This document shows positions 1 to 9,286 of a stretch of DNA of 64,000 nt, one piece after another. The DNA lies in the NCBI GenBank assembly GCA_045863295.1, contig BTWA01000024.1:1-64000 (forward strand), in the 5' to 3' direction. The notes under the pieces are model-generated. The model was not told where the DNA came from and did not search any database. It saw only the letters and a program-made list of their open reading frames with translations. The translations under genes were made by a program, and so were the position numbers. Origin of the DNA: Candidatus Hydrogenedentota bacterium (GTDB lineage: Bacteria > Hydrogenedentota > Hydrogenedentia > Hydrogenedentales > SLHB01). Position 1 is the first letter of the stretch, and the number at the start of each line of letters is the position of its first letter.

Positions 1-165
1 CGACTGGGTACAGTCGTTGAGGTCAGGAGACCCTGACACAACAACCGGGCACGACTGGGTACAGTCGTTGAGGTCGGGAGACCCTGACACAACAAGGCTT
101 TAGGTTGTAGGGTTGGAAGGCGAGTTGGGTCGCAGTCTCAGTGGTCGGGAGATCCTGATACAACA
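1..165. repeat. REP-like palindromic tandem repeat (51-bp unit; two near-identical copies plus one degenerate copy)
   Basis: CGACTGGGTACAGTCGTTGAGGTC(A/G)GGAGACCCTGACACAACAA at 1-44 and 52-95, with a degenerate copy at 121-165. Internal hairpins are CGACTG-ggta-CAGTCG and GTCAGG-agac-CCTGAC. Probably truncated by the window edge. Confidence 0.8.
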
Positions 166-250
166 GTTTTTTGTTTGGAATGAATAGAATGTTTGTGCGG
201 TTCGTCGTGGTTGGTGTGCTGTTTTTGGACTCTCTTCGAGGTGGTTTTTG

Positions 251-2095
251 ATGCGGATTGTTTTTTCCTGCCTGTTTTTTCTTGCTGCCGTGCCTGCCTT
301 TGCGGATTCCCCATTTAGCAAGGCGGGGTATTCCGGGCCTTTGTATGATGGGCACACGGTGATTTCGCAGTACATTCCCATGGCGGACGGCGTGCGGTTG
401 GCGGCGGATGTTTGGGTGCCGGAGGGGTTGCCCAATGGGGCGAAGGCGCCGGCGGTTTTGATCCCCACGCGGTATTGGCGGGATGTGGCGATTCGGTGGC
501 CGTTCAATCATCTGCACGAGTCGCCGGAGCCGCGCGATGTGATCCGGCGGTATTTGGTGGCCCATGGGTATGCGGTGGTGTCGCTGGATGCGCGCGGGTC
601 GGGCGCTTCGTTTGGCCATGTGTTGTATCCGCGGAGTGCGCAGGAGATTGACGATTACCGGCAGGTGATCGATTGGATGGTGGCGCAGCCGTGGTGCGAT
701 GGCAACGTGGGCGCGGTGGGGCAGGCGTACGAAGGCGTGGCGGCGGAGATGATTGCGGCGCTTGATCACCCGGCGGTGAAGGCAGTGGCGTCGCAGTATG
801 GCGAATTCGATTTGTATACCGAGATTGCCTTTCCCGGCGGCATCCGGCATGAGACGTTGATCGCGGACTGGTCGCGCATCACGGGCGGCATGGCGCGCAA
901 CGAGATTCCCGAGGAAATAGGCTGGCTGGGCCAGGCCTTTGCCCTGGGCGTGAAGCCCGTGGACGGGGATGAGGACGCGTTGAAGCAGGCCGTGGCGGAT
1001 CACGCAAAGAACGGGGATCTCTACACCTTCGCAAAACAAATCACCTACCGCGACGACGTGGTGTCGTCGCCCGAGGGATCGGGATCCATCGACACCATGA
1101 GCACGCACACGATGCTGGATCGGTTGTCGGCGTCGGGCGTGCCCATTCTTTACACGACGAGCTGGTACGACGCGGGCACGGCGCAAGGCATGGCGGTGCG
1201 CTTGTTGAATCTCAAGAATCCGATCCGCGTGATCATTGGACCATGGAACAAGGGCGGCACCGAGAATTGCAGTCCTTACAAGGCGTCGGCGAAGGCCGAC
1301 GTGTCCATGGACACGCAGTTGATCGAGCTGGTGCGGTTTTTCGATTGCCACCTCAAAGGTGTGGCGAATGGAGCCATGGACGCGCCGCGGTTGATCTACT
1401 ACGTCGTGGGCGAAGAGGCGTGGGCTACTTCCAACTCATGGCCCGAAGGAACGACCGGGAGTCAGTTGTTGTATTTGGGCGAAGATCAATCGCTGTTGGG
1501 CGGGGAGCCAACGGGCAACGGAGCGGATACGTTTCATGTGAATTTTGATGCGACCACCGGCACCCATAACCGCTGGCATACCCATCTGCTGGGCGCGCCT
1601 ATCGAGTGGCCCTCCGCCGCGCAAACAGCCACCGGACGCATCGTTTACACATCGCCGCCAATGGATGCGAGCGAAGTGATCACGGGTTCGCCGGTATTGA
1701 CGGTGAATCTCGCATCCACCGTGAGTGATTTTGCAATCTTCGCGTATCTTGAGGATGTTGCGCCCGATGGCACCGCATACTACCTGACCGAAGGGCAATT
1801 ACGCACGGTACATGTAAAGACGGTTTCACCCCCGATGGAATGGCCATTTCCGTACTATCGGTCGTATTTGAGGGCCGACGGCACTGAACCGGCGGTGGGG
1901 GAGGTGACCGAGTATACGTTTGCGCTTCATCCGATTGCCGCCCGTATTGCCAAAGGCCATCGTATCCGGATTAGTCTAGCCGGCCATGATGCGGGTACGT
2001 TTGCGCGAGTGCCAGAAAGCGGCGATGTACGATGGACGGTGATGCGAAGCCCAGGACAGGCGTCGTCAATCCATTTGCCGCTCGGGTCAAGCTGA
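251..2095 (+). CDS. Secreted CocE/NonD (peptidase S15-like) alpha/beta-hydrolase homologue, catalytic Ser/His apparently substituted
   Basis: Signal peptide; YIPMADGVRLAADVWVP, TRYWR, DARGSGASFG, W.DGNVG, C-terminal PepX_C-like YLEDVAPDG..YLTEG; GAGGTGG RBS upstream. Confidence 0.85.
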   Translation: MRIVFSCLFFLAAVPAFADSPFSKAGYSGPLYDGHTVISQYIPMADGVRLAADVWVPEGLPNGAKAPAVLIPTRYWRDVAIRWPFNHLHESPEPRDVIRRYLVAHGYAVVSLDARGSGASFGHVLYPRSAQEIDDYRQVIDWMVAQPWCDGNVGAVGQAYEGVAAEMIAALDHPAVKAVASQYGEFDLYTEIAFPGGIRHETLIADWSRITGGMARNEIPEEIGWLGQAFALGVKPVDGDEDALKQAVADHAKNGDLYTFAKQITYRDDVVSSPEGSGSIDTMSTHTMLDRLSASGVPILYTTSWYDAGTAQGMAVRLLNLKNPIRVIIGPWNKGGTENCSPYKASAKADVSMDTQLIELVRFFDCHLKGVANGAMDAPRLIYYVVGEEAWATSNSWPEGTTGSQLLYLGEDQSLLGGEPTGNGADTFHVNFDATTGTHNRWHTHLLGAPIEWPSAAQTATGRIVYTSPPMDASEVITGSPVLTVNLASTVSDFAIFAYLEDVAPDGTAYYLTEGQLRTVHVKTVSPPMEWPFPYYRSYLRADGTEPAVGEVTEYTFALHPIAARIAKGHRIRISLAGHDAGTFARVPESGDVRWTVMRSPGQASSIHLPLGSS

Positions 2096-2107
2096 TTCGA
2101 ATCGCAA

Positions 2108-3622
2108 TCAGACTTTCGACCCCTTGATGGCCACATACTTGTTCACCGCGTTCAAGAATGCATGCGCGGCGGCTTCCACAATATCCGTACTGGCGCCGTG
2201 GCCATAATACAGCTTGCCTTCAAAGTCCACCGTTACGTTGCACGTGCCCAGGGCGTCTTTGCCGGGGCTCGCTGAACGAATTGAGAAATCCGCCAGCCGG
2301 CCGTGCACGTTCACCGCGCGTTCAATGGCTTGAAACGCCGCGTCCACGGGACCATCGCCGGCCGCAGTCTCGACAATCGTCTCCGACCCCTTGCGGAGTT
2401 GCACAAGAGCCATGGACAATTCGCCCCCCGATGTCCGGACGCTCTCCAGCACAAACGTTTCGAAGCTCTCATCACGAATGGAGGCGATGAGTACGCGCAG
2501 ATCGTCCTCAAAGATTTCCTTCTTCTTATCGGCAAGCGCGATGAATTTCTCATACAACTTCGTAATATCATCCGGTGAAAGCGTGAAGCCGAGGTTTTCG
2601 CACCGCTTAGACAGGCCGTGTTTGCCCGAATGCTTGCCCAGAACCAACTCGTTGCTGGTGCGGCCGATGGATTCCGGGGTCATGATTTCATACGTGATGC
2701 GGCTGGCAATGACTCCGTGCTGGTGAATACCGGATTCATGAGCAAAGGCGTTCCTGCCCACGATGGGCTTATTATAGGGGATGGCCAGCCCGGTGATGTT
2801 GCCCAGCAATTGGCTCGTGTTCAGGATTTCCGCCGCCACAATGCCTGTCTCAAACGGATACACGTTCTGCCGGACACGCATGGCCATCACCACTTCTTCG
2901 ATGGATGTGTTGCCCGCGCGTTCACCGATCCCGTTGACGCAACATTCAATCTGACGCGCACCGCCCTTCACCGCGGCGAGCGCGTTAGCAACGGCCAACC
3001 CAAGATCGTTGTGATTGTGGCAAGAGAATACAACATGCTTCGCCGCGGCATTCTTGGAAATGACATACCGGAACATTTCCTCGATTTCGCCGGGCGTGGT
3101 ATATCCGACCGTGTCCGGAAGATTGATAACGTCTGCTCCGGCTTCAATGGCGACTCGTGTCACTTCCGCGAGATAATCGAGATCACTTCGGGAGGCGTCC
3201 TCGGCGGAGAACTCCACCCGGCCTATCAGACTCTTCGCCAGACGGACCGACTCGCCAGCGCGGTCTAACACCTGCTGCCGTGTCATCTTGAGTTTGTGTT
3301 CGAGGTGGATATCCGACGTGGCAATAAAAGTGTGGAGTACAGGTTGCTTCGCCTGGTCTATCGCCTTGGCCGCGCGTTCTATGTCCAGCGGCAGTGTCCT
3401 GGCAAGGGCCGCCACTCGCGGTTTGGAAACGGCCTTGGCGACCTTGCTGACGCCTTCGAATTCCTGGTCGGAGGCGACCGGAAATCCGGCCTCGATCGTA
3501 TCGACGCCCAATTTCTCCAGCTGAAGCGCCATTTGGATCTTCTCTTGGACGTTCATGCTGGACCCGGGAGACTGTTCGCCATCCCGGAGGGTAGTGTCGA
3601 AAATTTCTACGCGATCGGCCAT
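2108..3622 (-). CDS. leuA: 2-isopropylmalate synthase
   Basis: DTTLRDGEQSPG, HNHNDLGLAVAN, NGIGERAGN, AFAHESGIHQHG, LGKHSGKH, and C-terminal regulatory domain GDGPVDA. Confidence 0.97.
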   Translation of the reverse strand: MADRVEIFDTTLRDGEQSPGSSMNVQEKIQMALQLEKLGVDTIEAGFPVASDQEFEGVSKVAKAVSKPRVAALARTLPLDIERAAKAIDQAKQPVLHTFIATSDIHLEHKLKMTRQQVLDRAGESVRLAKSLIGRVEFSAEDASRSDLDYLAEVTRVAIEAGADVINLPDTVGYTTPGEIEEMFRYVISKNAAAKHVVFSCHNHNDLGLAVANALAAVKGGARQIECCVNGIGERAGNTSIEEVVMAMRVRQNVYPFETGIVAAEILNTSQLLGNITGLAIPYNKPIVGRNAFAHESGIHQHGVIASRITYEIMTPESIGRTSNELVLGKHSGKHGLSKRCENLGFTLSPDDITKLYEKFIALADKKKEIFEDDLRVLIASIRDESFETFVLESVRTSGGELSMALVQLRKGSETIVETAAGDGPVDAAFQAIERAVNVHGRLADFSIRSASPGKDALGTCNVTVDFEGKLYYGHGASTDIVEAAAHAFLNAVNKYVAIKGSKV

Positions 3623-3869
3623 GACAAATCCCTTTGTGCTGCGAGAGCGTGCGCAAACCATTTGGGCCAAAGATTATCAAACGCCGCAAACCGATTCAAA
3701 GCCGGTGCCTGGTCTGGCCGCACCCCCCTAATAAACACCATTGCATGCATGCAATCACGGGAGCGGCTGGATACGCCACCTAGGGCGTGTTTTGTAAACC
3801 CTTGAACACTCATCGGTTAGCAGGCGCGTGAATTATCGAAATTTGCTGCTTTCCTTGCTTTGCCGCGTT

Positions 3870-3878
3870 TGCTATAAT
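3870..3878 (+). promoter_or_regulatory. Extended -10 promoter element (TGcTATAAT)
   Basis: Consensus TATAAT with TGn extension 46 bp upstream of the ATG at 3925; AGAGG RBS follows. Confidence 0.5.
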
Positions 3879-3924
3879 CCCGCGTTCGCAAGGGTATTGG
3901 ATAACGAAAGAGGTTAGTTCGAAC

Positions 3925-4407
3925 ATGCCTGCCAAGTATATTTGCCCCAAGTGCGGCCGACGGTTTACGGCTTGGGGTGCAGAAAAAGTCGGATTCAAGT
4001 GTCCTAACGACGAGTGGACGGCGCAGGAACACTCCGGCGATGTCGAACTTGTGCCGGTCGGATCGTCCGACGAGAAATCTTCCAAGAAGGCATCGTTGAA
4101 ACGAACGCCACGGCGACTCGCCGCGATCGGCACCTCAACTTTTGCGGACGAGGAGCTTGCCGAGAGCACGCTCGACTCAGACGAGTCTTACCGCAAAGTC
4201 GACACCGACTTTGAAGCCGAAGAAGACGAAGAGACGGAAGAGGAAGAAGAGGTTACCGAACCGGCGTTCGAGGGTGAAATCGCCGTCGAGGTGGTCGAAC
4301 CTGAAGCTGAATCGACCGATGCCGTTGGCGACGAAGAATTCGATGTAGGGGAAGTCGACGAAGGTGAAATCGGCGAAGTAGAAGAAACGGACGAATGGAG
4401 CGAGTAA
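3925..4407 (+). CDS. Zinc-ribbon protein with very acidic tail (FYDLN-acid/TIGR02300-like architecture)
   Basis: N-terminal CPKCGRRF...KCP followed by a long Glu/Asp-rich region. Confidence 0.65.
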   Translation: MPAKYICPKCGRRFTAWGAEKVGFKCPNDEWTAQEHSGDVELVPVGSSDEKSSKKASLKRTPRRLAAIGTSTFADEELAESTLDSDESYRKVDTDFEAEEDEETEEEEEVTEPAFEGEIAVEVVEPEAESTDAVGDEEFDVGEVDEGEIGEVEETDEWSE

Positions 4408-4427
4408 TCCCCGCTCCCGTGATTATT

Positions 4428-5207
4428 TCATGAATCGGTGCCTGGGACGGGGGTCGCTCCGCCCTCAACGGGTGTGTCTGGGGTGGGTTCCGTGGTAGTT
4501 TCGGATCTTGGCTTCGTCTTCAGTATCACATGATCGGACTCGTAACGCAGTTCGAGATTGTCAAAATCCTTCAGAAGTGCGTCCTTCAAGAAAGCCGATA
4601 GCGTCATCCCTGGTTCGGACTTAAATGTCCACATCCGCGATTCCGAATCCAGCGATTCAACACTTGGGTCAATAAGAACGGCGTTGCCCACTCTCGGATT
4701 AATGTCACTGAGAATGGTCAATAGGTCGGTTGGCGCTTCATAGGCAATGGGTGGAGTCGATATATCCAACGCCATCCTGCGCTGCATTTCCGCCGATAAG
4801 CGCTGCGCTTCCACGAACACAGGCTCGTCGTTCGATTCGGTGCCATCCCCTTTGGGCGCGGGGTTGTTGGGGTCGATGTCGTCGTATTCAATTTTTGAAA
4901 TTTGACGGCGGGGAATCTCGATCGTCACTACTTTGTCCATCACGTCCAGGACGATCGACATGCTGGTTTCGCGAATCACTTGAAGTCCCGAAATAGTTTG
5001 TCCGTTCTTCAAGTAGACAAGGTCTCCCGAAGGCTTCCCCTGCTCAACTTCAGTCGTTGCCGGTTCAGCTTCGTCAGATTGGGAGCCACGCTCGGTTTCG
5101 GAAGTCGATACCGTTTCCTCAGATGTTGCTTCCTGATCGGGTTCTTGCGCGCTGACTGCCGTGCTGGCCAGCACAAGCCATAGTCCCATTGTTAGGCGCA
5201 TCAGCAT
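4428..5207 (-). CDS. Secreted hypothetical protein
   Basis: GAGGAG RBS, signal peptide (..ASTAVSA|QE), D.VYLKNG.TISG motif seen in exported proteins. Confidence 0.7.
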   Translation of the reverse strand: MLMRLTMGLWLVLASTAVSAQEPDQEATSEETVSTSETERGSQSDEAEPATTEVEQGKPSGDLVYLKNGQTISGLQVIRETSMSIVLDVMDKVVTIEIPRRQISKIEYDDIDPNNPAPKGDGTESNDEPVFVEAQRLSAEMQRRMALDISTPPIAYEAPTDLLTILSDINPRVGNAVLIDPSVESLDSESRMWTFKSEPGMTLSAFLKDALLKDFDNLELRYESDHVILKTKPRSETTTEPTPDTPVEGGATPVPGTDS

Positions 5208-5621
5208 GGATGACGGCTCCTCATATATCCGAGAACCGGACCTAGTTGCATTTCGGACACCTGCTGCCCCCGAACCCCGCAAAGCCACAAGAACTTGCAG
5301 GACAATACCTTGCCCAGCCTGTAGCGCGCCGGACAACTTTACTTTGATGCAAATCCAAGGTGGCCCCGCCCGGATATCCATCCGTAGTCATTCTAGAACC
5401 GCGAAAATCGCCGAATCAAGCCCGATAGGCATTTAAACATTCGAGTGCCCGCGAAATAAACCAGGCAATTCCCATTACCTTGTAACGTGTATTGGCCGGA
5501 CATGTTATCGTTGGCGAGATTGATTGGACCGATCGATGCGCTGGGCCGCTCCAGCAAGTCTGGTATACTGCCCATGTATTGAGGCTGCTCCGTGGATGAA
5601 AATAGAGGGGATGTGATTGCT

Positions 5622-6011
5622 ATGGCCCGTATTCTTGTTGCCGATGATGACACCTCGTCGCTGGACGTTTTGACGGTTGCGTTGAGTGCGGAAGGCCACG
5701 ATGTGCTGTGCGCATCCAATGGTCAGGAAGCCTACGAAATGACTGCAAGCGAGAAACCAGATTTGGTATTTCTGGATGTAATGATGCCCGTGTATGACGG
5801 CTATGAGACCTGCCAATTGATTCGCAATGACCGCACCATTCCGGTTACCTTGCCCGTCATTTTTCTGACGTCCATGGACAAGGATACCAACAAGATGAGT
5901 AGCGTGGGTGCGTCAGGGCATCTGCCCAAACGACACGTCGTGTCGGAGTTGCGCGATTGCCTTCTGGAACACCTTGGGCCGGACGCCATAGGTGACAGTG
6001 CGAGAGGATAA
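5622..6011 (+). CDS. Single-domain response regulator (CheY-like receiver)
   Basis: ILVADDD, PDLVFLDVMMP..DG, PVIFLT, conserved Lys (LPK); GAGGGG RBS. Confidence 0.93.
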   Translation: MARILVADDDTSSLDVLTVALSAEGHDVLCASNGQEAYEMTASEKPDLVFLDVMMPVYDGYETCQLIRNDRTIPVTLPVIFLTSMDKDTNKMSSVGASGHLPKRHVVSELRDCLLEHLGPDAIGDSARG

Positions 6012-6025
6012 ACCCTCATCAACCG

Positions 6026-6071
6026 ACGCGACCCAAGACCCGCCCGTGAGGCGGCAGGTCTTGGGTCGTGT
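6026..6071. terminator. Stem-loop between convergent genes
   Basis: ACGCGACCCAAGACC...GGTCTTGGGTCGTGT inverted repeat after the stop at 6011. Confidence 0.6.
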
Positions 6072-6099
6072 ATTGCCGAAATCCATGGGCACGATCCGT

Positions 6100-7161
6100 T
6101 TATCGGATTACAATTTCCCGATTCGACTTGGACGACGTGTAAATGGCGTCAATGACCTTTTGCACCATTAACGACTCTTCCGGTTGCACTCGTACCGGCA
6201 GATTCCTTTCGATGCATTCTGTAAAATGCCGGATTTCCATTCGGTGACCTTCCTGGTCAGGCAACCAATCGTACGTCTTGCAGGTTAGCGCACCTTTTTC
6301 ATAGCCATAGACACCCAGCGGGTCCGTGGAAACTCCAGCCTTGTCACCAAGGATTGAAATACCGCTTACAGTCTTTGGGATGTTGGCGGCCCAGGAAACA
6401 TCCACCTGCAGCGTGGCTCCATTGGCAAACCGAATTAGAGCAAGGGCATAGTCCTCTACGTCAAACTCCTTGGGCGGATACGGTTCCCCCCAATCCGCGT
6501 TGCACAAATCGGCACGGTCACCAAACTTTCGATACACCTTGCCACTTGCGGCCACCGGTTTGGGAAACCCCATAATCCACATAGCCAGATCGATCACGTG
6601 TACGCCGACATCAATCAATGGTCCGCCGAGCGATTCTTTCTTCAGGTGGAACACACCCCAGCCAGGAATTTCGCGCCGGCGCAGGAAATAGGCCCTTCCA
6701 GTGTATATGTCGCCCAGTTCTCCCCGTTGTGCCGCTTCCTTGAGCTTTTCGTGCGGCGCCTCGAAGCGCATGTGCTGCGCCGTCATCAACTTGCGCTTGG
6801 CGGACTTTGCCGCGGCGATCATCTTCTTCGACTCGGCCACACTCATCGCCATGGGCTTTTCAACCAGTACGTGTGCACCGTGGCGGAGCGCGGCAATCGT
6901 AATAGGCGCGTGAAAGCGATTGTGCGTGCAAACATCGATAACATCGAATTCGCGTTCCTTGAGCATGGTCTGGTAGTCAGTGTAGACAATGTCCACACCG
7001 AACTTGGCCGCCATGGCTCGCGCGCGGGCTTCCTTGATGTCGCAAACCGCTGTCAGCTCGATGCGATTCTCTGCCTGCAATTGCAACCAGTAAGGCAGAT
7101 GTCTCATTTCGGCGATGGCGCCGACGCCAATGACACCCACCCGCAACGGACGTTTCCCCAT
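6100..7161 (-). CDS. Gfo/Idh/MocA family oxidoreductase
   Basis: VGVIGVGAIA, HVLVEKPMA, GGPLIDVGVHVID. Confidence 0.95.
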   Translation of the reverse strand: MGKRPLRVGVIGVGAIAEMRHLPYWLQLQAENRIELTAVCDIKEARARAMAAKFGVDIVYTDYQTMLKEREFDVIDVCTHNRFHAPITIAALRHGAHVLVEKPMAMSVAESKKMIAAAKSAKRKLMTAQHMRFEAPHEKLKEAAQRGELGDIYTGRAYFLRRREIPGWGVFHLKKESLGGPLIDVGVHVIDLAMWIMGFPKPVAASGKVYRKFGDRADLCNADWGEPYPPKEFDVEDYALALIRFANGATLQVDVSWAANIPKTVSGISILGDKAGVSTDPLGVYGYEKGALTCKTYDWLPDQEGHRMEIRHFTECIERNLPVRVQPEESLMVQKVIDAIYTSSKSNREIVIR

Positions 7162-7162
7162 T

Positions 7163-8008
7163 TCATTCTCCTTCCGAAACTGCTTCTTCAATTCGTTCAT
7201 CCGCCAGATCATGCACTCCGCGTTCCGCGGCATTCGATGGGCGAGCCGGGAGGCCAACAACCGCCAGCACGGGAAAATGATCGGACGCCACCGTGGCCTC
7301 GTCCGATTTCACGACAACCGAGGAGACCGCGTGCAAATCCTGCGACAGCAACACAAAATCGATGCGGCGTGCTTTGTTACCCACGCCAATGGATCCTTCT
7401 TCAGGTTTGCCGGCTATCGCCCCGGAATCCTGCATGCGAGCGATGAGACTTTGCAACGCAGGTTTGTCCGCGGTCTCATTCAGATCGCCGGCCACGATGC
7501 ACAGCGTGCCGGCGGTCTGATCCAAGAGGGAAGCCGCTTGCAACATCCGGGCCTTGGGCGTTAAGTCGAAGTGAGTGTTCCAGACGTCCACCGATCTACC
7601 TTCTACATCCAACCGCACCATTAGTGCGCCGCGTTGTTCGCCGCCTGGCACATTGGGCAGGCGCAAATTGTCATAATTCAGGATGGTAAAGCGGCTCAAG
7701 GTTGCGTTGCCGTACTGGCCCCCGTCGATTTCCAAATTGGGTCCGTAGGCGACCTGCATGCTCAGTCGTTTGGATAGCTCCGCCGGCATATCAAGGCCGC
7801 CAGTACGGTTCATCTTGCGGTCGACTTCCTGGAGGCAGACTACGTCCGGCTGTTGTGACTGGATTACCCGTGCGATCCGGTCAAGATCCACGGCGCCGTC
7901 ACGGCCTTCGCCGTGGTGGATGTTGTAGGTGAGTACCCGCAACCCATCCCCCCACAATGGTTGAGACAAACAGATAATTCCCAGAAGCACGACTAACGAT
8001 ATTCTCAC
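7163..8008 (-). CDS. Secreted endonuclease/exonuclease/phosphatase family protein
   Basis: Signal peptide; TYNIHHG, LQEVD, YGNA.LSR, NTH, GDLN, RIDF, SDH. Confidence 0.92.
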   Translation of the reverse strand: MRISLVVLLGIICLSQPLWGDGLRVLTYNIHHGEGRDGAVDLDRIARVIQSQQPDVVCLQEVDRKMNRTGGLDMPAELSKRLSMQVAYGPNLEIDGGQYGNATLSRFTILNYDNLRLPNVPGGEQRGALMVRLDVEGRSVDVWNTHFDLTPKARMLQAASLLDQTAGTLCIVAGDLNETADKPALQSLIARMQDSGAIAGKPEEGSIGVGNKARRIDFVLLSQDLHAVSSVVVKSDEATVASDHFPVLAVVGLPARPSNAAERGVHDLADERIEEAVSEGE

Positions 8009-8193
8009 AATGCCATCTCCGTTCGTCTGGCCCTTATCTTATTCATTGGCGAAGCTCAGCACAAAACCGTATGATAAAAGCGGGACTGGCTTGCATCGGC
8101 AATGGAATGCAACCACAGGTTGCAACGGAAGGTTCGTGTGCGATACGTGGCTGAAGAACGCCTGTCCGAAACGCTGAGGCGGCCGTTTCGGAC

Positions 8194-9204
8194 ATGACAC
8201 CGCCATTGGTACATGTTCTTGTGATCAACTGGAACGGCATGGAACACGTCGAGGAGTGTTTCTCGTCGTTGCTGGCGACTACGTACTCCAATGTGCGGTT
8301 CGTGTTGGTCGACAATGCCAGCACGGATGGATCGCCGGAATTCGTTCAGGAACACTTTGGACACGATTCCCGGGTCGAATTTTTGCGTCTGCCGGAAAAC
8401 AGGGGGTGGTCCGGCGGGAACAATGCCGGCATTGAACGTGCACTTGAGGCTGGAGCCGACTATGTGCTTCTATTGAATAACGACACGTGGGTTGCACCCT
8501 CTGCCGTGGAAATGCTCGTGCGGGCAGGAGAGGCCTATCCGGGCACAGGTGCGTTTGCACCGAAAATGCTGCTTTACGACAATCCGCGACTCATTAATTC
8601 GATGGGTATCGAGTGCTCGATCATCGGCGTGGGGTGGGATCTCGGTCTGGGCCAGCCGGACGGTCCGAAGTGGGATGTACCCAGACAGGTTTTGGGCGTG
8701 TGTGGTGGGGCAGCGTTTTTCCGTACCTCCATCTTGCGCAAAACCGGCCTGCTGCCAACGGATTTCGAGATCTATCTGGATGATTTGGATCTTTGCCTGC
8801 GCATTTGGGATTTGGGCAGCGAAGTATGGACGTGTCCCGGCGCGGTTGTACGGCACAAGTTCAGCGCAACCATGGGCAAAGGCAAGCGCGCCCGGCGCAA
8901 GTACTACCTGAATACCCGTAACCGGATGCGTTTGATGTTGAGGCACTTTCCCCGCAGGCGGGCTGCCGCGATTCTCGCGGCTTTTGCCCATGGTGAAGCT
9001 AAAGCCTTGGGCCGCGCCATGCTGGATCGGCAACTCTGGAAGATTTTGGCGCACCTGCGCGCCTGGATCTCTTCACTATTGTACATTCCGGCCGCGCGCC
9101 GTATGCGCCGGATCTGGCGCGATAAGGGTATGGGCAATTGCCGGTTCTGGCCGCTGGTGCGAACGGACTGCCTGTTTCCCCAAAACATACGGATGCCCAA
9201 ATAA
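8194..9204 (+). CDS. Glycosyltransferase family 2
   Basis: VLVINWNG, VDNASTDGS, NRGWSGGNN, LLNNDT, YLDDLDLC. Confidence 0.93.
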   Translation: MTPPLVHVLVINWNGMEHVEECFSSLLATTYSNVRFVLVDNASTDGSPEFVQEHFGHDSRVEFLRLPENRGWSGGNNAGIERALEAGADYVLLLNNDTWVAPSAVEMLVRAGEAYPGTGAFAPKMLLYDNPRLINSMGIECSIIGVGWDLGLGQPDGPKWDVPRQVLGVCGGAAFFRTSILRKTGLLPTDFEIYLDDLDLCLRIWDLGSEVWTCPGAVVRHKFSATMGKGKRARRKYYLNTRNRMRLMLRHFPRRRAAAILAAFAHGEAKALGRAMLDRQLWKILAHLRAWISSLLYIPAARRMRRIWRDKGMGNCRFWPLVRTDCLFPQNIRMPK

Positions 9205-9286
9205 CGCTGCGCGCGCGATTGGGTTTTATGGCCTCGAATTGGTATCGTTTCTGGCTGGGATTCTCCGATAAATTGGCACTACTGTT

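Noticed and set aside
1..165. Possible CRISPR array
   Set aside because: The inter-repeat linker is only 7 bp and the third copy is degenerate; it fits a REP-like tandem better.
23..1351. Long antisense ORFs here and elsewhere (e.g. 13772-15031, 18555-19886, 22456-23709, 59848-61107)
   Set aside because: They are shadows of well-supported genes on the opposite strand in GC-rich DNA, with Arg/His-rich unnatural composition and no motifs.
3623..3810. Leucine attenuator or leader peptide upstream of leuA
   Set aside because: No short Leu-rich ORF or terminator/antiterminator pair is visible.
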